Below are positions 1 to 13,000 of a stretch of DNA of 64,000 nucleotides, piece after piece (positions within the stretch are counted from its first letter, which is position 1; the number at the start of each line of letters is the position of its first letter). The notes under the pieces were generated by a model, which was not told the DNA's origin, searched no databases, and saw nothing but the letters and a program-made list of their open reading frames with translations. Both the position numbers and the translations under genes were made by a program. Origin of the DNA: Scyliorhinus canicula (taxonomy: Eukaryota); contig NW_024055427.1 in NCBI RefSeq assembly GCF_902713615.1, positions 186,001-250,000 on the forward strand, given 5' to 3'.

Positions 1-411
1 CCACTTCTTCTCGATTGCTTTCTTCTGCACGAATGTTATGATTTGCCTGACGCATAGACTGCGCATTGACGGGGAATGTCAGAGCAAATTCACAGATGGA
101 CTTGATTCTGGTGTGGACAATCGGAATTAATACAAGCACGAAATTCGAAATTTCAGGCTGTCTTCCACTCAACTGCAAAAATGTGCAAACAGCTGATGGG
201 TTCGGGACATTTTATAGCTGCAGTTGGTACAATGACTCAGCGAATCCATCACATGAGAACCTCAGGTTCCTCCCATCTTGGATCTGGTTGTTGATGTCAG
301 ACTAAAATTAATTATTCGTCGGAAAGTTGTCCACTCACCCGGGAACCCACGTTCAAATCCGGATGAAGAAAAAGCGGGTTGAGTTCCACTAACTCTCCCG
401 CTTGACTGGTA

Positions 412-708
412 ACAATAATAATCTTTATTATTCGTACAAATCGGCTGACATTAACACTGAAATTATGTTTCGATGAAAATTCCCTAGTCGCCACACTCCG
501 GCTCCTTTCCGGGTACACAGAAGGAGAATTCAAAATGCCAAATTCACGGAACAGCATGGCTTTGGATATGTGGGAGGAAACTGGAGTAACCCCACGCAGA
601 CAATGTGCAGACTCCACACCAACAGTGACCCAAGTGGGGGATCGAACCTGGGACTAAGAGCTGTGAAGCATCAGTACTAACCACTATGCTACTATGCTTT
701 GGGCAGAG
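412..708 (-). mobile_element. tRNA-derived V-SINE (HE1-like); mirror ~13239-13521 +
   Basis: Mirror shows tagtggttag...ggttcgatccc head and V-domain-like tggagtctgcacattgtctgcgtggggttactccagtttcctcccaca. Confidence 0.8.
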
Positions 709-1199
709 GCCAGACTGCACCCTGTGGGCTCTGAGGTCACTAAGATTCTGGTCATCACTCACCTTCGACATTTTAACGTTTTACAGGTAATTCAGTAAAT
801 CAGCGGCCATTGAAAGCTGTTTCCAATATGGACGCAGCAGCTAATCCGTTTGCACGATTCAAAACTCACCGTACATAAATCAGGTTTTAGTCCACACTGA
901 ACGTTCCATGCACGATGATGATGCTCAGAGTTTTCCTAGTCCATATAAACTCCACACAGAGGCATGTTTCTATTCAAAAGCAGACATTTCACCCTTGCGA
1001 TATTCTTCGTTATTCGCTCAGAGGCCAGGTAAGAACAAAGGATTCCTCTCCCTAAATTGCATCAGTAAACCAGATCAGTATTTACAACACTTAGACTAGA
1101 TAGGTGCTGACACGATGGGCTGCAGGGCCTCTTTCCGTGCTGTAAAATCATTGTGACTCCATGTGTGTCGCTCAAAGAGGAATTTCGTGGGCTGATCTT

Positions 1200-1595
1200 C
1201 CCATCCACCTGTTACCTTCGTCCTTCTGGATGCAAATCAGGAAGGTGCTGTCAGTGACTATTCGTCAGTTACTGCAATACATTTTATAGCTGGTACACAC
1301 TGCAGCCACTGTCCGTTAGTGGTGGAGGATGTGAATATTCAAGCTTGAGTGGCGGGGGGGGGGGGGGGGTGGGGGGGTGAGCTGACAATCAAGAGTGTTC
1401 TTTTATCATCGGTGGCGTTGAGCTTCGTCAAATTTGTTGGAAGTGCAATCGTCCAGACAAGGATGGAGTATTCCATTACATTCCTGTCTTGTGCCTTGTA
1501 ATTGGAGACAGGCTTTGCAAGGGCAGTTGGTGGGTTGCTCACCGCAGAGTTCCCAGCCTCTAGCCGACCAAGCCGCCACATTACTAGCATAAATG
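1200..1595 (-). mobile_element. LINE (L2/CR1-group) RT C-terminal relic; mirror ~12340-12740
   Basis: ORF 1339..1590 YKAQDRNVMEYSILVW...TKLNATDDK resembles YKAQVRSxMEY...KKLDxIQ of LINE RT tails. Confidence 0.6.
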
Positions 1596-1889
1596 GATCA
1601 ATTCAATTATGAGAAATTTGTACATTGCCTGTTTATCTGTTCTCTGACATACCCAGCTTTATAAACAAAGTATTTTAGCTTTACTTAAGAAGAGATACCC
1701 ACCAGAGGCCCATCAAAGATATAGGGCACGTGTTGTGTGTTCCTGAGTCACTATATCTACAGCACAACGATTCGGGATAGTTCCTGTAGTCTGTACGTAA
1801 ATTAATGTGATGAAGGCTTTAAAAAAAGTGACAAGCAGACCTGGAAAATTAAACACTTCAGTCTGTAATGCAGAAACTGTTGAGTAAAT

Positions 1890-2182
1890 TATAGAATTTA
1901 CTGCGCAGAAGGAGGCCATTCGGCCCATCAAGTATGCACCGAGCCTGGGAAAGTGCACCCAACTTAAACGCACCTCTCCACCCTTCCCCACCTAACCGTT
2001 TGGACATTAAGGGACAATTTAGCATGGCCGATTCACCCAACCTGCGGGAGGAAACTGGAGAACGCAGAGGAAACCCATTCAGACACGGGGAGAACGTGTA
2101 GACTCCGCACAGACGGTGACCCAAGCCAGGAATCGGACCTGGGTCCCTGGCACTGTGAAGCAACAGTGCTAACCACTGCGCC
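1890..2182 (-). mobile_element. HE1-like V-SINE; mirror ~11751-12050 +
   Basis: Mirror: ggcgcagtggttagc...gggacccaggtccgattcc...gggtttcctct...gctaaattgtccct. Confidence 0.8.
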
Positions 2183-2909
2183 TCAGATCCGCCCACATTA
2201 AAGATTTCTTGGATATCGGAATACATCAATGGCACCAACATGACTTCATGGAAAAAGATCATCTTTACAAATATTGGCATACAGACTTCACAGCTTTGAT
2301 AAAATGTGAATAGTTATGGAAACGAAGAGACGTGCATTAGTCATTATCGATTTAGACTTAAAATGCATATATCCATAGAATAAAAGCCATTTTCCAGGCG
2401 TGAAAAAATCGATCTGGATTTAGAAACGCTGGGAGAAGGTAGATAAAAAGACAGGTAGGTGTAGATCTGGATCTGTTTATCAATTCCCAACTCAGAGAAA
2501 TGTTTGGATTATCTTCCTTCTGATGCGGGCTGCTGAGGAGGTGGATCACAGCTTGCAATTGCAGAGTGGCTAATTTATAAGATCAGTTGACAGCATACAC
2601 TTTATTTCCATGTCGTGACCTTCGACGTGAAACTATCATCAACCTGGCTCCGTGCAATAGATCAGCTGTCAGTGCAGCGCTGAGATTTCCATACTTAAAG
2701 GTGATACTGTGCATTTTCCACATACTCAACACGAACTACAAATAGTGCTTGGCCTCTATTCAAATTTAATCATTTGTCTTTATTTCGGATTCAACAAGAT
2801 ATTTGCATTTCTGCCTATCCTTCTATTTAAGCTAAGAATAGACATCAGTGTATTGCCTCTCTGTCTGTTTACCTGTATGTTTATTCAGCTGCGAATCTAT
2901 CCGCGAATG

Positions 2910-3087
2910 GGACTGGTTCAGCACAGTGGGCTAAATCGCTGGTTTTTAAAGCAGGCCAGCAGCACGGTTCAATTCCCGTACCACCTCCCCGAACAGGCGC
3001 GGGAATGTGGCGACTAGGGGCTTTTCACAGTAACCATTGAAGCCTACTCGTGACAATCAGCAATTTTCATTTTTTTTCATTTTCATG
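2910..3087 (+). mobile_element. Short tRNA-derived SINE (gggctaaatcgctggc family); mirror ~10842-11020 -
   Basis: Same sequence recurs at 16722, 25168, 54002 and 62108; ggttcaattccc B-box; (ttttca)n tail. Confidence 0.8.
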
Positions 3088-3330
3088 CAGAGATCTTGTG
3101 GCCCACTGAGCAGCGCCTCTAACTCTCATAGAACTTCCGGGATGGTGCCGCAATTCAAGAATTTATGAAAATGACAGGTTTATTCATAACCTGGCCAAAC
3201 TGGTTGATTATCAGTCGGAAATCCTTCCAGTGGCGGCTAGAAAGAGCGAGTGAAACATAGAAACATAAAAAAAATAGGTGCAGGAGTAGGCCATGTGGCA
3301 CTTCGAGCCTTTAACACCATTCAATATAAA

Positions 3331-4503
3331 TCTTACAACACCAGGTTAAAGACCAACAGGTTTGTTTCAAACACGAGCTTTCGGAGCGCAGCTCCTTCCT
3401 CAGGTGAATGGAGAGGTATGTTCCAAAAACATTTATATAGACAAAGTCAGAGATGCTGGACAATGCTTGGAATGCGAACATTTGCAGGTAATCAAAACAT
3501 TACAGATCCAGGGAGAGGGATAATCACAGGTTAAAGAGGTGTAAATGTCTCAAGCCAGAACAGTTGGTGGGATTTTGCAAGTCCAGGCCAGATGGGGGGG
3601 GTGGATGTAATGCGACATAAATCCAAGATCCCTGTTGAGGCCACACTCATACGCGCGGAACTTAGCTATAAGTTTTTGCTCGGCAATTCTGTGTTGTCGC
3701 GTGTCATGAAGACCGCCTTGGAGAACGCTTACCCGGAGATCAGAGGCTGAATGCCCTTGACTGCTGAAGTGTTCCCCGACTGGAAGGGAACATTCTGCCT
3801 GGTGATTGTCGCTCGATGCCCGTTCATTCGTTGTCGCAGTGTCTGCATGGTCTCGCCAATGTGTACCACGCTTCGGGACATCCTTTCCTGCGGCGTAAGA
3901 GGTAGACTACATTGGTCGAGTCGCACGGGTATGTGCCTCGTACCTGGTGGGTGGTGTTTCCACGTGTAATGGTGGTATCCAAGTCGATGACCTCGCATGT
4001 CTTGCAGAGAATGCTCTGGCAGGGTTGTGTGGTGTCGTGGTCGCTGTTCTGAAGGCTGGGCAATTTGCTGCAAACAATGGTTTGTTTGAGGTTGCGCGGT
4101 TGTTTGAGGGCCAGTAATGGGAGTGTGGGGATGACCTTGGCAAGATGTCCATCTTCATTGATGATGTGTTGAAGGCTGCGAAGAAGATGTCGTAGTTTCT
4201 CCGCCCCAGGAAAGTACTGAACAACGAAGGGTACTCTGTCAGTGGTGTCCCGTGTTTGTCTTCTGAGGAGGTCGGTGCGGTTTTTTGCTGTGGCGCGTTG
4301 GAACTGTCGATCGATGAGTCGAGTGCCATATCCCGTTCGTACGAGAGCATCTTTCAGCATCTTAGGTGTCTGTTACGCTCCTCCTCGTCTGAGCAGATCC
4401 TGTGTATACGGAGGGCTTGTCCATAGGGGATGGTTTCTTTAATGTGTTTGGGTGAAAGCTAGAGAAGTGGAGCATCGTGAGGTTGCCTGTGGGCTTGCGG
4501 AAA
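3331..4503 (-). mobile_element. Penelope-like element 3' part (RT thumb, GIY-YIG endonuclease, terminal repeat); mirror ~9413-10598 +
   Basis: ORFs give ...CDSTNVVYLL...KGCPEAWY and IGETMQTLRQRMNGHR (GIY-YIG), CxxxxCKTC linker and HPKHIKETIPYGQALR thumb; frameshifted. Confidence 0.9.
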
Positions 4504-4504
4504 G

Positions 4505-5560
4505 CGAGGTGCTAAGGTGACCGTCCAATATGATCATGGCTTTACTAAAGTCTATCTAAACAAGGTCGACTGCACTGCCCTCATCTACCTTCTTGGTTAC
4601 CCCTTTCAAATGCTCAAAAAATTCCTGAGACATGGCGGGGGGCGATTCTCCGAACCCTGTGCCGGGCCAGAGAATCACCGCAACCGCGCCATGACACCCC
4701 AATGCCGGTGTGTGATTCTCCGAGATGCGGAGAATCGGCGCCATTTGCGCCGACGCGTTTGGTGCAGCGCGGCCGCGGGCCAGTGCAATCGGCGGGGCCG
4801 CCAATTCTCTGTCCCGGATGGGCCGCAGCAGTCACACTGATAGGACAGAGTCGCCCCGGCGCCGTTCACCCCGTCGCTGCCGGCGGGAACTCTGCATGAA
4901 TGGTCAGGGGCAGCCTGTGTGGGGGGGGGGGTGAGGGCGGGCTCCTTCAGCGGGGGGAGCGGGGGCTCCGCTGGGGTCTGGCCCGCAATTGGCCAGTCTC
5001 TTCTCCCCCGGGCCCTCTGGCGCGTCTGTATCCTGAACACCGACGCCATGTTGGTCGGGGCCACGTAAAGAAGTCCTCCGCAAATGCACAGGTTGGCGTG
5101 GCCCAACTGCGTATGTGCGGCTTGGCATGGCGCACATTTGGCACCGTGAAAGGAGGCTGGAGCAGCGTGAACCAGAATCGTTCGTACCCGGGCCCGGTTT
5201 GCGGAGCCGTGAAACGCGACACCATTCGCAATGGCACAAACGCGTGGGCTCCATATGGAGAATCGTCCCCATAATTTTCCACTCACAAAAGCTATGTTGA
5301 CTGTCCCAAATCAACCCTTGCCTCGAAATGCCTGTTGATCCTGTCTCTCAGAATACCTTCTATAAAACCACCACAGATGTTAGGCTTACCGGTCTGTATT
5401 TCCCAGTATTCCCTGCGGCCCTTATTAAACAAAGGCACAACATTTGTTACTCTCCAATCTTCAGGCACATCATCTGTGGCTGTCGAATAGTTACATGCAG
5501 GACTGAGAAGAGAAATCCAAGCGGCTAATCCACCCCATAAAGGTGGCCTCTTTTTCACAA
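4505..5560 (-). mobile_element. CR1 RT fragment split by the MITE
   Basis: Mirror ORF 8387..9013 has DVPEDWRVTNVVPLFNKG; the AVDLVYLD...KA motif lies on the other side of the MITE. Confidence 0.75.
4638..5270. mobile_element. GC-rich MITE-like element inserted in a CR1 fragment; mirror 8646-9278
   Basis: 14-bp terminal inverted repeats gggggcgattctcc / ggagaatcgtcccc (1 mismatch); no transposase. Confidence 0.6.
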
Positions 5561-6569
5561 GACATTAAAATAAAGATGGAGCCAGTGGGTCTGTATAACG
5601 AACTGTTAATTTATTCACTCAAATACTAAAATGTGTATACTGATTGCCAAGTAAATAATTAAACCAAAGACCAGGCGAGGAAACATCCAGTCGAAATTGC
5701 ACACTTTTGTTCTTGACGATCGAAAGGTTTCTATCCTGTCTTATGATATTAAACAGCTTTATTCAATACATTCCAGCACGTATTTGGTAAATACCCGATA
5801 TTAGCTCTTCTAACATGATGCTAGACTTGAGGAAGAATTATAATTGTTATTTCCCTCTGAAGCCTCCAACCATTCAAGGATCAATACACCGTCATATATG
5901 AAGGCAGCCTTCTTGCACATCATTCTTTGGAACATAGAAACACAGCACTTAGGAATAGAAGTTGACCAATTGGCACTTTTAGTCTCGCAATACAATAAGA
6001 TAATGGCAGATGTGTTAGTTGTTTCAAATTCACTATCCTATCTGCTCGCTGTAATCCTCACTTAATCTTGTCTATAAACAATCTATCCAACTGAGGCTTG
6101 AACAAAAGGGATGACCAGGCCTTTATGCTTTCTGAGGAAGAGAATTTCACAGGTGGGTGAGCCTGTGAGGGAAAAGGCCATGTTCTCCTCATCTCCCTCT
6201 GAACGAGACACCTCTTATATTAATCAATGTGCCCCAGCACCTGTGTAGTTTTCGTCACCTGGCAAAGGATTAAATAAAGGGTACGTTTGACAATCGTTTT
6301 ATTAACATTGAGCTCTAACACCCATCTTTCTACACATAGGTTGTTTCCTTCAACTCATTTAAAGTTTTGTGACACATTATTTTAGTTTAAGTAATTCTCC
6401 ATTCGGCGTCAGGAGATTCTATCCTTCATCAAGACTGAACACGTAATCTCGGCCGAAATTCAATTGTTGACACTGCAGGGGTGCTGCGTTGTTGGTGGTG
6501 CTGCCTGTCTGCATATTATGTATCTGAAGACTCAATTTGCCTATTCAGGTAGATATGAAAGAGTCCACG

Positions 6570-6906
6570 CGAGGAGTCGGTGGGGTAGTCAATGGGCCAG
6601 TAATCCAGAGATAATGCTCTGGAATCCCGGGTTCCAATCGCACCGCGGCAGATGGTAAAATTTTAATTCAATAAAAATCTAGAATTAAACGTCTAATGAT
6701 GACCATTGCCTTTTGTGGTAAAAGGGAAAACCCCATCTGCTTCACTAATGTCCTTTAGGGAAGGAAATTTGTGCTCATTACCCGGTCTGGCCCACACGTG
6801 ACCACCGACCCACAAAGCAAGAGAGGCACTTATCTACAACCCCCCCCCCCCCCCCCCACCACACACACAATTGAAATGGCCATCACGCCTGTCAGTTCAA
6901 AGGCAA
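6570..6906 (+). mobile_element. tRNA-derived SINE with Deu-like domain (SacSINE1-like), cut by the gap; mirror 7007-7350
   Basis: ccgggttccaatc head, then cactaatgtcctttagggaaggaaat...ctggccca...gtgac and cagttcaaaggcaa; family name from memory. Confidence 0.55.
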
Positions 6907-7006
6907 NNNNNNNNNNNNNNNNNNNNNNNNNNNNNNNNNNNNNNNNNNNNNNNNNNNNNNNNNNNNNNNNNNNNNNNNNNNNNNNNNNNNNNNNNNNNNN
7001 NNNNNN
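6907..7006. other. Assembly gap (100 N)
   Basis: Run of exactly 100 n at the symmetry centre. Confidence 0.99.
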
Positions 7007-10000
7007 TTGCCTTTGAACTGACAGGCGTGATGGCCATTTCAATTGTGTGTGTGGTGGGGGGGGGGGGGGGGGGGTTGTAGATAAGTGCCTCTCTTGCTTT
7101 GTGGGGTCGGTGGTCACGTGTGGGCAAGAACCGGGTAATGAGCCCAAATTTCCTTCCCTAAAGGACATTAGTGAAGCGATGGGGTTTTCCCTTTTTACCA
7201 CAAAAGGCAATGGTATCATTAGACGTTTAATCTAGATTTTTATTGAATTAAAATTTTAACCATCTGCCGCGGTGCGATTGGAACCCGGGATTCCAGAGCA
7301 TTATCTCTGGATTACTGGCCCATTGACTACCCACCGCTCCTCGCGTGGACTCTTTCATATCTACCTGAATAGGCAAATTGAGTCTTCAGATACATATATA
7401 TGCAGCAGGCAGCACCACCAACACGCAGCACCCCTGCAGTGTCAAACAATTGAATTTCGGCCGAGATTACGTGTTCAGTCTTGATGAAGGATATAATCTC
7501 CTGACGCCGAATGGATGAATTATTAAACTAAAATAATGTGTCACAAAACTTTAAATGAGTTGAAGGAAACAACCTATGTGTAGAAAGATGGGTTGTTAGA
7601 GCTCAATGTTAATAAACGATTTTATGTCAAACGTACCCTTTATTTTAATCCTTGCCAGGTGACGAAAACTACACAGGTGCTGGGGCACATTGATTAATAT
7701 AAGAGGTGTCTCGTTCAGAGGGAGATGAGGAGAACATGGCCTTTTCCCTCACAGGCTCACCCACCTGTGAAATTCTCTTCCTCAGAAAGCATAAAGGCCT
7801 GGTCATCCCTTTTGTTCAAGCCTCAGTTGGATAGATTGTTTATAGACAAGATTAAGTGAGGATTACAGCGAGCAGATAGGATAGTGAATTTGAAACAACT
7901 AACACATCTGCCATTATCTTATTGTATTGCGAGACTAAAAGTGCCAATTGGTCAACTTCTATTCCTAAGTGCTGTGTTTCTATGTTCCAAAGAATGATGT
8001 GCAAGAAGGCTGCCTTCATATATGACGGTGTATTGATCCTTGAATGGTTGGAGGCTTCAGAGGGAAATAACAATTATAATTCTTCCTCAAGTCTAGCATC
8101 ATGTTAGAAGAGCTAATATCGGGTATTTACCAAATACGTGCTGGAATGTATTGAATAAAGCTGTTTAATATCATAAGACAGGATAGAAACCTTTCGATCG
8201 TCAAGAACAAAAGTGTGCAATTTCGACTGGATGTTTCCTCGCCTGTCTTTGGTTATAATTATTTACTTGGCAATCAGTATACACATTTTAGTATTTGAGT
8301 GAATAAATTACAGTTCGTTTATACAGACCCACTGGCTCATCTTTATTTTAAGTCTGTGGAAAAAGAGGGCCACCTTTATGGGGTGATTGGCCGCTTGGAT
8401 TTCTCTTCTCAGTCCCGCATGTAAACTATCGACAGCCACAGATGATGTGCCTGAAGATTGGAGAGTAACAAATGTTGTGCCTTTGTTTAATAAGGGCCGC
8501 AGGGAAATACTGGGAAATACAGACCGTAAGCCTAACATCGGTGGTGGGTTTTATAGAAGGTATTCTGAGAGACAGGATCACAGGCATTTCGAGGCAAGGG
8601 TTGATTTGGGGACAGTCAACATAGTCTTTGTGAGTGGAAAATTATGGGGACGATTCTCCATATGGAGCCCACGCGTTTGTGCCATTGCGAATGGTGTCGC
8701 GTTTCACGGCTCCGCAAACCGGGCCCGGGTACGAACGATTCTGGTTCACGCTGCTCCAGCCTCCTTTCACGGTGCCAAATGTGCGCCATGCCAAGCCGCA
8801 CATACGCAGTTGGGCCACGCCAACCTGTGCATTGCGGAGGACTCTTTACGTGGCCCCGACCAACATGGCGTCGGTGTTCAGGATACAGACGCGAAGAAAG
8901 TAGGCCCGGGGGAGAAGAGACTGGCCAATTGCGGGCCAGACCCCAGCGGAGCCCCCGCTCCCCCCGCTGAAGGAGCCCGCCCTCACCCCCCCCCCCACAC
9001 AGGCTGCCCCTGACCATTCATGCAGAGTTCCCGCCGGCAGCGACGGGGTGAACGGCGCCGGGGCGACTCTGTCCTATCAGTGTGACTGCTCGGCCCATCC
9101 GGGACAGAGAATTGGCGGCCCCGCCGATTGCACTGGCCCGCGGCCGCGCGCTGCACCAAACGCGTCGGCGCAAATGGCGCCGATTCTCCGCATCTCGGAG
9201 ATCACACACCGGCATTGGGTGTCATGGCGCGGTTGCGGTGATTCTCTGGCCCGGCACAGGGTTCGGAGAATCGCCCCCCGCCCATGTCTCAGGAATTTTA
9301 TTGAGCATTTGAAGGGGTAACCAAGAAGGTAGATGAGGGCAGTGCAGTCGACCTTGTTTAGATAGACTTTATTAAAGCCATGATCATATTGGACGGTCAC
9401 CTTAGCACCTCGCTTTCCGCAAGCCCCAGGCAACCGCACGATGCTCCACTTCTCTAGCTTTCACCCCGAAACACATTAAGAAACCATCCCTATGGACAAG
9501 CCCTCCGTATCACAGGATCTGCTCAGACGAGGAGGAGCGTAACAGACACCTAAGATGCTGAAGATTGCTCTCGTACGAACGGGATATGGCACTCGCTCAT
9601 CGATCGACAGTTCCAACCGCCACAGCAAAAAAACGCACCGCCTCCTCAGAAGACAACAAGGGACACCACTGACAGAGTACCCTTCTTGTTCAGTACTTTC
9701 CTGGGGCGGAGAACTACGACTCTTCTTCGCAGCCTTCAACACATCATCAATGAAGATGGACATCTTGCCAAGGGTCATCCCCCACACTCCCATTACTGGC
9801 CCTACAAACAACCGCGCAACCTCAAACAAACCATTGTTTGCAGCAAATTGCCCAGCCTTCAGAACAGCGACCACGACACCACAACAACCCTGCCAGAGCA
9901 TTCTCTGCAAGACATGCGAGGTCATCCGACTTGGGATACCACCATTACACGTGGAAACACCACCCACCAGGTACGAGGCACATACCCGTGCGACTCGACC

Positions 10001-13000
10001 AATGTAGTCTACCTCTTACGCCGCAGGAAAGGATGTCCCGAAGCGTGGTACACATTGGCGAGACCATGCAGACACTTGCGACAACGAATGAACGGGCATC
10101 GAGCGACAATCACCAGGCAAAGATGTTCCCTTCCAGTCGGGGAACACTTCAGCAGTCAAGGGCAATTCAGCCTCTGATCTCCGGGTAAGCGTTCTCCAAG
10201 GCGGTCCTTCATGACACGCGACAACACAGAATTGCCAGAGCAAAAAACTTATAGCTAAGTTCCGCACGTATGAGTGTGGCCTCAACAGGGATCTTGGATT
10301 TATGTCGCATTACATCCACCCCCCCACCATCTTGGCCATGGACTTGCAAAAATCCCACCAACTGTTCTGGCTTGAGACAATTTACACCTCTTTAACCTGT
10401 GATTATCCCTCTCCCTGGATCTGTAATGTTTTGATTACCTGCAAAATGTTCGCATTCCAAGCATTGTCCAGCATCTCTGACTTTGTCTATATAAATGTTT
10501 TTGGAACATACCTCTCCATTCACCTGAGGAAGGAGCTGCGCTCCGAAAGCTCGTGTTTGAAACAAACCTGTTGGTCTTTAACCTGGTGTTGTAAGATTTC
10601 ATATTGAATGGTGTTAAAGGCTCGAAGTGCCACATGGCCTACTCCTGCACCTATTTTTTTTATGTTTCTATGTTTCACTCGCTCTTTCTAGCCGCCACTG
10701 GAAGGATTTCCGACTGATAATCAACCAGTTTGGCCAGGTTATGAATAAACCTGTCATTTTCATAAATTCTTGAATTGCGGCACCATCCCGGAAGTTCTAT
10801 GAGAGTTAGAGGCGCTGCTCAGTGGGCCACAAGATCTCTGCATGAAAATGAAAAAAAAATGAAAATTGCTGATTGTCACGAGTAGGCTTCAATGGTTACT
10901 GTGAAAAGCCCCTAGTCGCCACATTCCCGCGCCTGTTCGGGGAGGCTGGTACGGGAATTGAACCGTGCTGCTGGCCTGCTTTAAAAACCAGCGATTTAGC
11001 CCACTGTGCTGAACCAGTCCCATTCGCGGATAGATTCGCAGCTGAATAAACATACAGGTAAACAGACAGAGGAGGCAATACACTGATGTCTATTCTTAGC
11101 TTAAATAGAAGGATAGGCAGAAATGCAAATATCTTGTTGAATCCGAAATAAAGACAAATGATTAAATTTGAATAGAGGCCAAGCACTATTTGTAGTTCGT
11201 GTTGAGTATGTGGAAAATGCACAGTATCACCTTTAAGTATGGAAATCTCAGCGCTGCACTGACAGCTGATCTATTGCACGGAGCCAGGTTGATAGATAGG
11301 TTCACGTCGAGGTCACGACATGGAAATAAGTGTATGCTGTCAACTGATCTTATAAATTAGCCACTCTGCAATTGCAAAGCTGTGATCCACCTCCTCAGCA
11401 GCCCGCATCAGAAGGAAGATAATCCAAACATTTCTCTGAGTTGGGAATTGATAAACAGATCCAGATCTACACCTACCTGTCTTTTTATCTACCTTCTCCC
11501 AGCGTTTCTAAATCCAGATCGATTTTTTCACGCCTGGAAAATGGCTTTTATTCTATGGATATATGCATTTTAAGTCTAAATCGATAATGACTAATGCACG
11601 TCTCTTCGTTTCCATAACTATTCACATTTTATCAAAGCTGTGAAGTCTGTATGCCAATATTTGTAAAGATGATCTTTTTCCATGAAGTCATGTTGGTGCC
11701 ATTGATGTATTCCGATATCCAAGAAATCTTTAATGTGGGCGGATCTGAGGGCGCAGTGGTTAGCAACTGTTGCTTCACAGTGCCAGGGACCCAGGTCCGA
11801 TTCCTGGCTTGGGTCACCGTCTGTTGCGGAGTCTACACGTTCTCCCCCGTGTCTGAATGGGTTTCCTCTGCGTTCTCCAGTTTCCTCCCGCAGGTTGGGT
11901 GAATCGGCCATGCTAAATTGTCCCTTAATGTCCAAAACGGTTAGGTGGGGAAGGGTGGAGAGGTGCGTTTAAGTTGGGGTGCACTTTCCCAGGCTCGGTG
12001 CATACTTGATGGGCCGATGGCCTCCTTCTGGCGCAGTAAATTCTATAATTTACTCAACAGTTTCTGCATTACAGACTGAAGTGTTTAATTTCCAGGTCTG
12101 CTTGTCACTTTTTTAAAGCCTTCATCACATTATTTACGTACAGACTACAGGAACTATCCCGAATCGTTGTGCTGTAGATATAGTGACTCAGGAACACACA
12201 ACACGTGCCCTATATCTTTGATGGGCCTCTGGTGGGTATCTCTTCTTAAGTAAAGCTAAAATAACTTGTTTATAAAGCGGGGTATGTCAGAGAACAGATA
12301 AACAGGCAATGTACAAATTTCTCATAATTGAATTGGATCCATTTATGCTAGTAATGTGGCGGCTTGGTCGGCTAGAGGCTGGGAACTCTGCGGTGAGCAA
12401 CCCACCAACTGCCCTTGCAAAGCCCTGTCTCCAATTACAAGGCACAAGACAGGAATGTAATGGACTACTCCTCCTTGTCTGACGATTGCACTTCCAACAA
12501 ATTTGACGAAGCTCAACGCCACCGATGATAAAAGAACACTCTTGATTGTCAGCTCACCCCCCCACCCCCCACCCCCACCCCCCGCCACTCAAGCTTGAAT
12601 ATTCACATCCTCCACCACTAACGGACAGTGCTGCAGTGTGTACCAGCTATAAAATGTATTGCAGTAACTGACGAATAGTCACTGACAGCACCTTCCTGAT
12701 TTGCATCCAGCAGGACGAAGGTAACAGGTGGATGGGAAGATCAGCCCACGAAATTCCTCTTTGAGCGACACACATGGAGTCACAATGATTTACAGCACGG
12801 AAAGAGGCCCTGCAGCCCATCGTGTCAGCACCTATCTAGTCTAAGTGTTGTAAATACTGATCTGGTTACTGATGCAATTTAGGGAGAGGAATCCTTTGTT
12901 CTTACCTGGCCTCTGAGCGAATAACGAAGAATATCGCAAGGGTGAAATGTCTGCTTTTGAATAGAAACATGCCTCTGTGTGGAGTTTATATGGAGAACTA

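Larger units (their letters stand above)
1..6906. repeat. Left arm of ~14 kb inverted repeat (may extend past window start)
   Basis: Ends ...gtcagttcaaaggcaa at the gap, and the right arm starts ttgcctttgaactgac. Window start ccacttcttctcgattgctt mirrors aagcaatcgtgaagaagtgg ending at 13934. ORF track is mirrored (e.g. 5844..6065+ vs 7852..8073-). Confidence 0.97.

Noticed and set aside
4517-5314. Many overlapping GC-rich ORFs (and mirrors at 8387-9439)
   Set aside because: They arise from the MITE-like element and CR1 debris; no domain motifs, and frames differ between mirror copies.
5810-6065. ORF MLFPSEASNH... present twice
   Set aside because: The duplication is due to the palindrome; no recognisable domain or exon boundaries.
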